Below, piece by piece: positions 13,013 through 26,060 of a stretch of DNA of 64,000 bases. Origin of the DNA: Ophelia neglecta. Its lineage: Eukaryota. The notes under the pieces were generated by a model. It ran no database searches and had not been told where the DNA came from. It saw only the letters and a program-made list of their open reading frames with translations. The position numbers and the translations under genes are program-made. The stretch lies in assembly GCA_965285935.1 (NCBI GenBank), contig OZ260663.1:22444001-22508000 (forward strand), read 5' to 3'. Each line of letters opens with the position of its first letter. The first letter of the stretch is position 1.

Positions 13013-16000
13013 AAAATGAAGCGAATCAGGGAGAATAGGCCTATGACCTCAGCGGTGTCCTGAGCGGACCCTGAAACACATTTCTTGCTATTTATGCGGC
13101 TACGGACCGGAGAACAAGACCGGAATGCAGACGGTATTTTTTTCCAATTAAGATCAAGATGGCGGAGATTCATGCCCTGCGATATTGGCAGTGACGCCGA
13201 AGCCTACAATAGCATTCCTCGTCTTTATCTTTTTCTCAGAGCAACGGTCGACTAAAACAATATTTCTTACACATCACTGACCAGCTATACGTGCGCCTGT
13301 GCGGTCTCAGAGTTAGAATAAGCGACTAACAGGGAACTGCGGTTGCTTCAATATCTACTGCTGCGGCGGGATTGCTTTCGAACTACGAGTATAAGATTGG
13401 TGCATGAAAAGCTTGCGACATGTTTACACCTGACCATTGATATGTCACTAACCTGACAAGCACATTCTTACAGGACAGTGTCTTCAGGGAACTGATGACT
13501 CGCCTTCTATAGGCTATATACTAAAACATGATCTTGTTCCCGTCATTTTGTCAATTAAGGCCAGTCATTGTTTTCCTTGGATGGACGTAAGAATGATACT
13601 CCAAGACATACAATGACACTAAGGAGTCCAACGTATAGTCATTATTGTTTATAAATTGAAAAAATACCCCAATTCCAATCTTATCATTCCCCGGATCTTC
13701 CTTATCAGTAGTATGGGGGTTGGAAGCTTGGTTGGCTCGGTTCTCAAAGGGCTGTTCTGGTAGACCCAGGGACGACCAGCCACTTATCCGTCAGGGAATC
13801 ATGTAGCGCAGGAGACACGAAAGAGCTGTGTCCCAGCGCAGCGGCATATACTAAAGACCTATTGGCCGGTATCCTCTATATATCTGAGAATATACCGATT
13901 TATATGACAATAGCTTTGGCATCAAAGCAGACAATGTAGGCCTACGCCTTTTCATGAGGACACTTTATTTTCATGACATTAAATCAACAAGTTTGTAAAC
14001 TAAAGAGCGCCTTCGCGCAAAAAGCAGACGACAGATGTAGCTCTATATTCATGTGTTAAAATAAAGTTGTGGTTTGGACGAAAAATTGTACACATCATGA
14101 CACTATTGATGTTATATGACGTATGCTATATAGATGACAAAACCAGAAGTTTTAATCGATGACACCTGATCTATTAAACAGAAAAGCAATGCATTGTCCT
14201 GGTCATATATTCCCATGGAAACAACGACAAAATGTATTTGCTTTGCAGGATAACATTTGTCTGAAGGACATGCATTTATATGCGGGAATAAATGTACAGA
14301 TAACGTTATGTTACCAGGAAAGCTAATTGTGTTTTCTACTATATTTCTTCAATTCGTATAAAAAAGGCGCAAAATATTCTTCCTTATGCCTGTATATACT
14401 GGTAAATCTGTAATTCCTATGAGCTCGACTATTCTAGCGATGAATACGAGTTTCTATATGCACAAATGAAGTAACAAAACTAAAAGCTTAGATTTTTTGA
14501 TAGAACACCAGCTTATTGACAAGCCTCACTGCTCATAAGTACATTGAATATTGATATTTTGTTCCCCGCCTTCCTATTTACCAGACCGTCCCCGCATCCC
14601 CAGGGCATCCGCTTTTTACTGCAATAAAAGACAGCACGTGGTATTATGGCCCATTTCGGGGTGAAGGTTTTTCTGGTATTGATCGAGGAAAAAAAATTAG
14701 AAATTTCACGCTTGATTGGGTTGCTCCAGGGTATGTCTGCTTGGTATTTTCAGATGTTAGGAATCTGCCCGGAATCCTATCTATAGCTCAGATTAACGGT
14801 AAAATTCTAGCCAGTTTTAGCCACAGATATTACTCCTAAATTCATGTGTTATAGGCAATGTTTCAGAGCAACAAGGTGAACTTGGAAAACTCTTAAACTT
14901 TCAGTCTCTATCAATGGAGCCTTAACGTATTCTGATTGGAATAAAGACATGTATAGGCCTATTATTCATTGGTTAAAAAGATTATGCTGTTCTAATCCAG
15001 GCAGAATTGATACTAGGTAATTTAAAATGGCGGTACACATCCTACCGACTTAATAAATTACGTTATCCTCCAGTATAAGGAGACAATGCGAGGCTATTTG
15101 AACCGGAACATACCCGATTCCATTATATCCACCTCTGGTACTGAGTCCCCTAATACCTAATTACATCTAATTTTTGCAAGAGTTGAGTAGCTCAACAAAA
15201 GAATACACGGCGCCCGAGGAAAATTGCTTGCATTTTTGACCAGGCACGTAAATTTGTAGACGCCACTGCGATAATTCGAAAATGTCATCTGATTAGCGGG
15301 CACGCTAAGGCGTGGAAAAATCTCATCAACAATGGTTGATTATGTGGGAGGAGTGTAACTTAGTTTACCGATAAAAATTGGTATGGCGCCGGTATTTAGC
15401 TCAATTATTGCCAAAGGCCACTCGATGAAACTGTGGGAAAATACAATTATAAGAACAAATTGCAATTATTGAAATTGAAATGCCAAACAAGTTGACAATC
15501 GTTCTAAAATTTGTTTTTTCATGACGCACACCGAACAAATGCTCAAGGAACGAAGCGACTCGAGACGAGTTGAACATTTGCTCAAATTTACTAATGACCC
15601 CATCCAAGCCTTAAGTTGGGCGTATTCACCAGACGCGCGTCGCCATAGCAATAATTGGCAGGTAATTAGCGATGATAAGCACTAATCGAGATGGTTGTGC
15701 GTCCCGTAGCCTTGGAGAACACGTACTCGTTAGCAATCAGCCGCAGCCGACATTTCACAGATATTCCCGCTCATTGGCCTGTCTGCCTTCTACCTGTTTA
15801 TTTCGCAGTCTTTCATCAGAGTGGTAGCTTCTCGAAGCCTGGCCTTGGTGTCTCGATATTGTTGCCTGGGGTATTGTAGTAGGAAACCCTGGATGCCTTT
15901 ACTGCTAATTCAGATATATTATTTCACTGCTAATTTTTATTTCTGTTGATCAATTGAACGTCAGAAAGCTATACACATTAAATCTGCCGAAATTGAAGCA

Positions 16001-16642
16001 GAAGGTCAAAATACAATTCTTCATGCCGTGGTGCCTTTGGAAAGCCACTGTGCCTTTGTGAAGCCCTTCTGCCGCAGGGAAGTCACTACATGCTTGTGTG
16101 GATCCAACATTAGATAATAAAATAGCATTTTGTTCAATATTGTAATATAATGCTCTAATAGTTGTAATGCTAATGTCTGTATAAAGTATCCATTATTATT
16201 TGGGTTTTTCCATACCTTTCTTTCGGACTCCCACGAAGCAGACGATCGTGGCGATGTTTCTCTGGAAAGACCAATGCTTCAGATCACGCGATTAAGCAAA
16301 GACAACGCTGTCGCTATAGTTACTAGGAGAATACCTTTGCCGAGCCAAAAATCTGGCGGGGAAACGAACAAATTGGTTGTTGTCATCAAACATCGGGAAA
16401 ATTAAAATGGCGTGCATTTAAAAGCTATCTGCCTTGCAATTAAGATTAACATTGTAGACAGCAAACTTCAGACAAAGGCTCTAGCAGGGTTGTTGGCGAT
16501 TCTTTGACGCCATCGACCCTCCAATATAGCACATTTTTCGGCAATCAACAACAAATCCTATGCCAGGCAACGTCTTACAGACCTTTGAATGGCGCCTCGC
16601 AAATCACCTGCACCTGTAGACAGGATTTGTCATTGGACTGTG

Positions 16643-16658
16643 GGCTCCGTGGGGTCTG
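16643..16658 (+). promoter_or_regulatory. BMP-Smad composite element GGCTCC-N5-GTCTG
   Basis: Exact match to the GRCKNC(N5)GTCTG Smad1/Mad + Smad4/Medea (+Schnurri) consensus; TGGCGCC ~50 bp upstream (16590). Confidence 0.45.
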
Positions 16659-17035
16659 TTAGTGGCTTGCTTCAGCTTTTTATGCCATGTCTCACGTTTT
16701 AGAGAGGTTAATGTTTTAGTACGCTCGTTGATAAGCACATGTCGACATGTAGGTCCCCACTTTTTTTGTGAATCAGCCGGTTTGATTCTATCGGACAGGT
16801 TTTGTTCCTTGGAGCCTTTATAAGGTAGCGGCTTTCTGTGAAGTGGTACATACCTACTTTTAAACACCCTTTCACCTAAGTTTCAATATTTGAATAGCAC
16901 CAGTGATGAAATGACTTGAGCAGACTGTGTTTTTTTACGTTTCCACGAGGCTTACCCGCCTGTTAGAACCATTCTCCGTGGTGTTGCTCATTTTCCTGTT
17001 CCCAGGCTATCACTCTAAAGGTGGTTGATCATATT

Positions 17036-17221
17036 CTGACCCTTTGCCCTTGAAACTGACCCTCCTTTCCATAGGTTGCCCTCTTTGGCCAGAGGAAAAC
17101 CCGGAGGACGGTCCACTTCAAGTGCGCTTTAAGGTGGACCCTTCTCTGCATGGGCTGCTCTCATCGGCCAGTGTCTAAATAGTGCCACCTATAAAGGAGG
17201 GTCCATTTCAAGGGGGGTCAG
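17036..17221. mobile_element. Foldback/MITE element, imperfect palindrome over its whole length
   Basis: The left arm ctgaccc..cccttgaaactgaccctccttt..ataggttgc..ggtccacttcaag pairs with the right arm ttaaggtggacc..gccacctataaaggagggtccatttcaaggggggtcag. Confidence 0.75.
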
Positions 17222-17778
17222 CGTTGAATTATGATACCTGGGTTCCTTTCGACCGATAGATCACATCAGTAAATGTGAGCAGCACCACTGAGAGCGGTTT
17301 TAATACTGTATTTTTCCTGGATGATTGCCCCCAGAGAAGAGCTAGATTTTTACTCTTACTTATAAGCTTGGGCTCATCTTTCGAACGAAAGCCTGCTTCC
17401 TGTTTTTTTTCTCTTGCATTGTAGCGCCACTGACAATCTGTTTTTGTTCTTACGGCGAAACAGCTTGGCTTTAAAAAAAATGCTGTGCCTGACAAGACAG
17501 AAATGAAGTTGCCTCGGGCGATTTATGTCAGGCACATCCGGTACATGGATAAGTCCCTACAGGCGTGCTTATTAAATACAGGTGAATATGATAGAAATAT
17601 CCATACTTTGTATATGTAAATTTGTGATGATAAATGGATCTAGTTTATCATAAGTATATATTATTATATATTGCAAATTGTAGTATTACTATCTATAAAT
17701 GGCAGTCTACTTAGAGTCTTTAGTTAATTAGATGTTATAATATGAGCGTATAAATACGTCTGTATATATATACATATA

Positions 17779-18038
17779 CTGGTGTAAAAGTTTTTTGAGT
17801 CCCCTGATTGGAAGGACCCTTGCCCGATCTACATTTACTTACCCTGAAACTAGCTCGGGAGTCCGGCGTTCTTGAAACCCTACTATTTTAAGTCAGACGG
17901 TCTAGAAATTCTACAATATTTGGGATTCGGGCTCGAAATATTTTATTCATTACGTCCGCCAGTCCCATACTACTACTAGGGTTACGCTAGGGTTTTGAGT
18001 CTAGGGAACTTAACGATCGGGGGACCAAATAATCTTAT
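17779..18038 (-). mobile_element. Interspersed repeat family A, copy 2
   Basis: gtgtaaaagttttttgagtccc...tagggttttgagtctagggaacttaacgatc...ggaccaaataatctta, collinear with copy 3. Confidence 0.8.
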
Positions 18039-21000
18039 ATACCTATTACTCGGATAACTTGGGTAACTTCGATAACTTAAGACAATGCTGATGTTAAAAC
18101 CTATATCCGCTCAATCACGGACATGACCTATTTTATTTGGGATTGATACATCGTCTGCCGAATGCATTTGTTGACTGATCCCGTTTACACGTGTCGTTGA
18201 TTGGTATTTTGGCTAGCGTCGTCTGTTGTCACCTGCCACCTCACTCTCTGCCACTATCACTGCAGACCTTCGCATTTAGGTTGTGTTTGGTGAGAGCAGT
18301 CCGGGTACTTTGGTGGGCGAGACTGTCCTTCGTTTAAAGCTCCAAAAGACAAGGGCAATAGGATTCAACTAAATAAAGTATCGTATATGCCTACCATAAT
18401 AGGGAATGCGATTCCGTCCTTTTTTGTAAAGACGGCACTTTTCCTTTTGGCCGATCAAAGAGGGGTAGGGTCCCGGGGGTAGGGTAAAGTCGGGTAATAT
18501 GACGAATCGTATAAATACTAACACAAATCGTGTTAATTCCCGCAGGAATTAGAGATATTCCGTGCACAGGTTAATGACTTGCATCGTTTACTTCCTGCGC
18601 GCTCTAAAAGTAAAAATACTAACTGTTCGATATTAAAAAGATGCACAAAAGTACCAGATTGTCCTCTATCCGAGCTTCCTTAATTTAGTGGTTTAATTTG
18701 AATGCAAGTATCTAAAATTACAGCGTGTCTCTTAATGTACGCAAAACAGTGTTTAAAGGTAAATTTGACAAATGACAACAATGATGACTGAGTTAAATAT
18801 CATCAATTTTGATTTCTATTCTGACTTAATTAAGATATCTTTTAAAGCGTTAAGAAAGGCGAGGCCCCAGTTACTTGTATAGATTGCCAATATGTCCGTT
18901 CCAACCGTTTACAGCGCATTAAAATCAAATCCCGACAACCACCCCCCCCCCCCCCCTGAAAATATCCCTGTGCATGAATAATCGCGTTATATAGCACTTG
19001 ACTTAACATAACAATCAACATTATCATTAGTACAGTTTGAAGCGCCACCCCGAGGCAATACCCCTGCATACATTGATGGTATACAACCTTAACCCTTTTT
19101 CATTCACCAAATTTGACAAAATGAGCTATTTAGATGGGACTTGTTTAAACAGAGGTGCCTGAAAAACTTTTGCACTTAGGTGTCTCAAGGCATACAGCGT
19201 TAGTTGTTGATCTAAGGACAAATCTAATAAACTTTAAATTCAAAAGAATCACAAAATAAATAGTTTCAATTTGTAAAAATCAAAATTTTAATCCAGAAGT
19301 GCGTTCTTTCGCTTTCAATCGCTGATTTGCGTATATTCATGAGAAACAAAAGGTAGTTGTCTCAGTTCTGAATCGCCTTGAGTTGAGAACCACCTCACAG
19401 CTATCCCTAACTGGCACATGTTGTATTAGCTACAAAAAATTTAAGCATGGGTAAAAAGTCGTCAAAACGTATTGGCCAACAAACTAGTTTACGCCTGAAG
19501 CCGTGACACGGTGTTCTCGCATCCCCCCCCCCCCACACAAACACGTTGACAAGCCGATTGCTAGTCTCGTCGGCGTCGTCTGCTACATCTTATATAAACT
19601 CAGACGCCCTGAATGAAGTCCTATCTCTCCCTAATTGATTCCCGGTTAGGAGGGATATAGTATAAGAACCTTGGCGTCGCCGGGTGATGCGGGAGCAGAC
19701 GATCGCAAGAAAAAACGGCGGGAAGCTGGCGTCGCGCAAATGACACTAATTGAAACCCGCACCTGTCGACTGCCGGAGCCTCCTTCTGGGCAAAAATTTC
19801 GCACTTTTCACCGGAATTTGGTTTTAGTCGGCTCCAAACAGATCAAAGATAGCCTTGGTGAAGTGTATTTTTATGGGTAGCATGTGGTGGCTTTGTTGTG
19901 GGATTATACAATTTCGCAGACAAATGGAAGCTGAGGGATAAACGAGTCACGTATTACAGACAATCACACAGGTTGTCATGTGATTCATCAACCACAAAGA
20001 ATCATTGGATGGCAATTGGAAACAATGATGCAGTATTTCTGTCGCCAGACGATAATAATGAAATAAAATCATTCGAAAATATATTCTTGTCAGCACGTGT
20101 CGGTGAGTTTGATCGATTCGACAAGTCATTCACTATACTTTTGTGAGCTTTAAAAATGCACATTTATCAATACACAAAAACACACACACACACATATATA
20201 TAAATATATATATATAGATTTTTTTTCTTCTTCAATAAATGTGAGTGCACCTGAGGGGTTTATCAATATATTCATTAAGCAATACGGCTGCGGTTGTTTT
20301 TAGTGGTATTAGTAAGAGCTTCCCGTTAAACGTTGTATCTCGGTCAACCACATTGGAGTAACTGCATTAAAATGTGTTACAGTTGTATTTTATGAGAATT
20401 AAACAAAATATTTAATACGTTTTAACACAGTCCAAGTGTTATTAGTACAATACAATACAACAAAATAATTGTCAGAGAATGTACAGTCTCTTTCCGATGA
20501 GGAAATAGTCTGTTGGAACAGTGGTTTTGTCATCTGAATATGAAATATTTAGGAAGGAGGTGTCAAAATTAACACGCACTTAAAAATTAACATAAATACA
20601 CACCCTTTTAGCCATAGCAGCTGAAGACTTGGCATTTATGAAATTGTTTCATAGTATGAAAACATTGTTTTTTAAGAAGATTAATGTCCTAAACGCCGTT
20701 ATATTGACGCAAAAGAAGCTAGTAACTATCAGAATATTTTGCGTATAGTGCTCATACTGTGCACCATTTAATATGTGTGTGCTCGAAGAACATTTTACAT
20801 AAAAGGTTGTGAGTGGGATTTCCCCAGCGACAGTATGAATAAACTATGAACAAGGGGAGGGGGGGGGGGGTGTAACACAAGCTGAAGCCTATTTAAATCA
20901 GCAAATAACCATTCAGGCTTGGGAAAATACATTTTGATACTTTTTGTTAAAAGGAATGGTAAGCAATATTATTTGCAACTACACTAAGCCGCCTTTACCT

Positions 21001-21468
21001 GTCAAAGTAGTATCCCACCTGTATGATTTGTGTGTGAACCTGTTGAATATTAAAGACAAATGGCCGAATGAAGTTAGGCCAGAAGCAAAACTCCTTTGTA
21101 TGAGTACAACTTGTAACCAGACAGGACACATTAAAATGTCATTTTTGATGACACCACTTTAGACCACAAAGCCCGTAAGTGATTCTATTTTTTATTTTAC
21201 ACATGCCACACAGTACACGCTGATTACTCTCAGCTGATTTGTAACAGGGCTGCAGCAAAACAATATAAAAAGAATGAATAAAAGCACAACATAAAATAAG
21301 AATGATTTTTTTTTGTAAAAAGGGCAATCGTTTGCCTTGTTTGTGCTTTTTCTGAAGACAAAACCACCGTCTTCGTGTCTCCGGAAGTGCTGTGATTTTA
21401 ACAGTTACACTGTAGGCTTCTAGGTCTACCCCTGTGATGCTGTCACTTGCATGCCCTATATCATTAGT

Positions 21469-21749
21469 TACCCAGTGTAAAAGTATTTTGAGTCCCAAGA
21501 GGGGAAGGTTTCTCGGGCTTACAATTACTAACCCTAACCCAAACCCGGGGTCCCCGGTCTCGAAATCCTATGTATGATGTTTTAAGTCCGGTGAACTAGG
21601 AATGCTGGTATATTTGGGATCGGGTCTCGACTTCCTGCCTTTTTATGCCCGCCGGTCCCAAAATATTGGTATATTTCGTCCCCGGGGTCTTATTACCTTA
21701 GGGTTTTGAGTCTAGGGGACTTAACATCCGGGGGACAAAATAATCTTAT
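21469..21749 (-). mobile_element. Interspersed repeat family A, copy 3
   Basis: gtgtaaaagtattttgagtccc...tagggttttgagtctaggggacttaacatcc...ggacaaaataatctta; contains a short taaccctaaccc tract. Confidence 0.8.
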
Positions 21750-24419
21750 TCACGGGCATACGGTGTGGTACATAGTCTTATCTATTTGTACGCTCTAAAG
21801 CCGAAGGATGAAATAAATGCATGTTCTAAAGGCTCGCGGTGTAACTTAGAAAACCGTAGGCCGGGGTAAAACATGGAATCACGTTGTTATCATATACCAC
21901 TAACAGCCTATATACAAGTTGACCACGATATATGGATTCTAAACACGGAATACGGGCTAGTATACCCGGGTAGCCAGCCAATCAGGGACCAGACTATCAT
22001 ATAGTATATATGTATCTATATAGGCCTATATATATAAACGTTATTGTACATGTAAATAAATTGTATATAAATAGCCTATCAATCTACATATGGTTGAGCC
22101 ACACATGACATATGGTTTAACCACACATGACAAATCAGCACAACAATAATGGCTATAAGTGACAGACTTGTTAAGTTTATTAGAGTTCTTGTGGTTCTTC
22201 CTCTATTATTGAGGCCCAATGAAACAATACGGCACTGTTCAGGAGTTCGCTTTCTGTCCCTTCTGTCAATTCTGGCAATAGAAATGTGGCGCTCTACCGG
22301 AAGCGACATATATAGACCATCGTCTCTCTTGAAGACCTGTTTAAGGTTTAGATATTAGACTCAAGATATAGGGACTAGGCCTACTTAAAGAACACCCGAT
22401 GATTCCAAGGCTTAAAGCCTCTTAATAGAAACTGGTTACTACGTATTATCGAAGTGTAATGTCACTCTTGAGCGATGTTAGAATGATTCCCCGTAGAGAG
22501 GCATAGAAATCGCGCGTAGGAAATTTTCGCGAGCTGGGATTTGTGAGAATTTCGCCAATGTAGCTAAAATGGAGTACATTTCCAGGTCACGAAATTTTCT
22601 AGTTTACCGTATTGACTGTATATAGACAGGTCTTTTGTCACTTCCGATGAGGGTTCTGGATCTTCCGGTTCCGGGGTCTCTTTTTCTGAGTTAATTTGAC
22701 AGCATGGACTGTCGAATATAGAGTTTCACAATACACACGTCTTTGAGATCTCAGTAGATTGGTGATTGTGGATGGGATAACTAAAACTTGTTGGCAATCC
22801 GCCCGCTTTTTGTCGGTAAAATCCATCGGTATAGACATGTAAACACGGCGTATTATGACATGAAGAGGAAGATAAAAGCGTGCGCCGGCAGCCGGGCGGC
22901 GAGCAAACTATCGAGGCGGCCGAGATCCCGCCAAACTCCCGAGCGGTCTCGTCTGCTAACGTGGGATATTTTATGGTGCTTCCTCGAGGAATGCAACTGT
23001 CTATGGAAGTTCAAAGGAGGAGAAAAGTAAACAATGTACTTAGGATCTCCTTTTATCCGAGTCTAGTTGTCGGTTTGAGGCAGGTTTCTCATACGTCAAA
23101 GATGAACACTAAATTGTCTTTGCTCATATAAAACTCTTAACTCGAATACGAAAAATAAGCTCCTGAAGGGATATCTTTCGGCGACTCCCCACCAACTTCA
23201 CTTTGGCATTTAAAGATATCACCGAGAGCTTTGCTTATACCTTAATCAAAGTTTTCATTAACTGGAGTAGACCTATCATTATTGTTCCAATCAGCAAAAG
23301 TAAAACCAAGAATCACGATATCTGACTAAGTCAATCTAGTACCAGACGCCCTTTTATATCTTATTATATAACATTGCTTATATAGGCCATGAATGCAATA
23401 TTGCAATTTATTTAACATTGGCTAACATTTATACCTATATGCATAGTACCGATACTTATAATTATAGCTATACTTATACGTATAAATATACTTACTAATA
23501 TGTACATATATTTATGTCGCTGCTTTCAGATGATTTCGGATAGATGTACTAGCCTTTTCTTGATCAATGACTTACCTTTTTCTGCGGGGTATTCACTCCA
23601 ATTATTTCAATAGCTGCAAACCATTATTTGAATAAGTGCATTGAAAATAAGACATTAGCTGCAATAGAAAATGAACACGTGATTAACTGGGCAGTTTAAA
23701 TTAATAGGCTAGTATCTATCTAAATGAATCTATTATCTTCAATTTGGATAGAGTGACTAAATTAGTGGCCAGTAATACGATAATATCGAAACTAAACAAA
23801 CATCTAAATTTTATAGATTTGGAAATGACAGGCCTGCCCAATATTGAGTATGAAATTCAGACAAACTAAATATGGTTAATCATTTAGCAAATCAAACAGA
23901 AATTTTCCAATGTGTTCTTATAGAAGCTGGGATACTAGAAACCTTAGATTCTTATAGCCCAGATACAAGTGACCCCACCATTTTCTTCAGTTTTTAGCCC
24001 GCACAACCAGAAGTGTGAGAAGTATTGCGAGAAGTATAGGCCTATAGGGTGCTAAGGCCGTGACTTAAGTTACCATGTGACACGGGCCCTGAAATTGCTT
24101 AAATGCCGATCGCACTGGCTCCACTCATTATGCTGGACCGGTTTAAATAATAAACTTTAAACATCTTTAAAAAAACACCTGTCGATGAGACAGATTGGTT
24201 GGAGAAGGTTAAGCAGTACTATCTTTAAGGGACAGAAGAGACCGTTTATACAGATCCAGGGGGAAGCAAAGATTCATAGTTCACGGAACATTTGTTATGT
24301 CCTACGTGTTGCCTTTGTGTACTGGGAACCAGACTGTCCCACAGTCTTTCTAAGCTCAATAATATTACATTATGTGAGCCTAGAAATGGACCTTCAGCCA
24401 TATATTTTAGTTAATCCAG

Positions 24420-24950
24420 AGACCATGGACCTACCACATGGAAAGACCATGGAGCTCACCATATGGTGAGACCATAGAACTCACCACATGGAAAGAACGT
24501 CGAGCAAACCACACGATACGTCCGCGAGCAAGCTACATGGAAGTCCGCGAGCATACCACTGGAGCATGCACTTGAGCAATGCATTCCGCGAGCATACCAC
24601 ATGGAAAAACCATGGACCAAACCACTCGGTACGTCCGTGAGCAAGCTACATTGAGTATACCACATGGAAAGACCATGAAGCACTCCACATGAAAAGACCA
24701 TGGGGCACACAACTTTGAAAAATCATAGAGCATACACACCACATGGTTCGTTCGCAATCACACCACATAGTACGCCCACTAGCATACAGCAAGGAAGTCT
24801 GCGAGTGTACCACAAGGAGATACAGTATATAGCCCCTCAGGAAAGACCTTGGAGCATGCCACTTGGAAGACCTTGGAGCAAACCACGAGGAAAGACCAAG
24901 AGACACCCCATATGGCAGTCCGCGAGCATACCATATGGAAAGAACCACCA
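24420..24950 (+). repeat. Degenerate minisatellite built on ACCACATGGAAAGACCATGGAG / GTCCGCGAGCATACC units
   Basis: Directly visible; source of the spurious Cys/Met-rich ORFs at 24456-25060. Confidence 0.85.
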
Positions 24951-25439
24951 GCCACAGGCCCACTTACATCAAGCCACAGCTCCCAAACTGTAACTGTCAT
25001 GCAATTAAAAGACTTATAGTGAGACGTAGTAAACAGTTTGCGAGTTGAAAAATGCCACAAGGGAGTCTAAGATTGTCAAAGCTCTCTCATTATTTTAGAG
25101 TCTAAAGATGATATAGTCTCAATACATGTCAGACCAAAAAGGGTTGTAAATGTCCCTGCATGCTGAAGAGAAATGGGTTTTGAATCTCATTGATAGTGCT
25201 ATAAAATTTCAACTATGTTAAGTGAACCATTTACGCTTTGATTGTGACTGAACCCCACCATCTGCACCATACGATGTTATACCAGTATGAAGCAGATGCA
25301 CTTGGTCCCTAGCCCTAGAATGAGCAGAATAGATCACTCAAATTATTTCAGTCTTATTACGTAGATGTTAAAACGATGGCAACTTGAACCTGCACATGAA
25401 CAGTCCAAAGAAAGTCGCCATCGTATATTCACTGTTCTT

Positions 25440-26060
25440 AATACTATTATTGACATATATAGAGCGCTCCTTTCCTCATAAATGAATTCAAAGGCGTTTT
25501 GCAATCTAGATAAAAAGGGAAAAAGTGCGAAATAAAAAACTTCTATTTACTTTTAATAGAATGCGCTTTATACAGGTTTAAAAGCAGAAATAGATTATAT
25601 AGTTGCACACATTTATCTCCATCCAATTGATTTAAAGGCTTCAACTGAGTCGGTAGATCTCAATCTGCTTGACAACTGCCTACAAAGCCTAGATCCGTGT
25701 AGAGAGAAGGCTCTGTCACCAGCAGGGACCAGTCTCGACATTAGAAGCTTAAGAATATGCTCTTATTCTGACCTTTGTAAATTTCAATAAGTTCTGAAAT
25801 GTACAGTGGAGACAAACCGCGCAGGTCCTTGAATGTCTTGTGCGACAGTGAGCCAGTTGTTAGGTGGTCTCTCCTACCGCAAAGATACACAAGGCGAACT
25901 TTGAAGTTCTGAAGTCGGGTTTTTTTAAATACCACACTAAAGAGAATTGCAATGGGCTTATCCAAACGAGACATAACCAAAGCAATGACAAGTCTTTTTA
26001 TGAAGATACCGTTGTATGTTGATTTCCGGTACGCGAGATTTAGCGAAGATGGAATGTGGT
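25440..26060 (-). mobile_element. Degenerate 3' fragment of an L2-clade LINE (ORF2 C-terminus plus 3' tail)
   Basis: Frameshifted peptides HLR..S, LVIALVMSRLD..CNSL, RRDHLT, TFKDLRGLSPLYISELIEIY and AGDRAFS...LRSTDSVEAFK match the L2 post-RT region (ALVxSRLDYCNSL...DHIT...G.AP.YL.EL...GDRAFS...FK). The tail gcaaaacgcctttga...gaaaggagcgctctatata at ~25455-25505 matches the L2 3' end pattern. Confidence 0.8.

Noticed and set aside
15630-15644. CAGAC-GCGC-GTCGCC near-composite Smad element
   Set aside because: The spacer is 4 bp, not the 5 bp required, so it was not counted.
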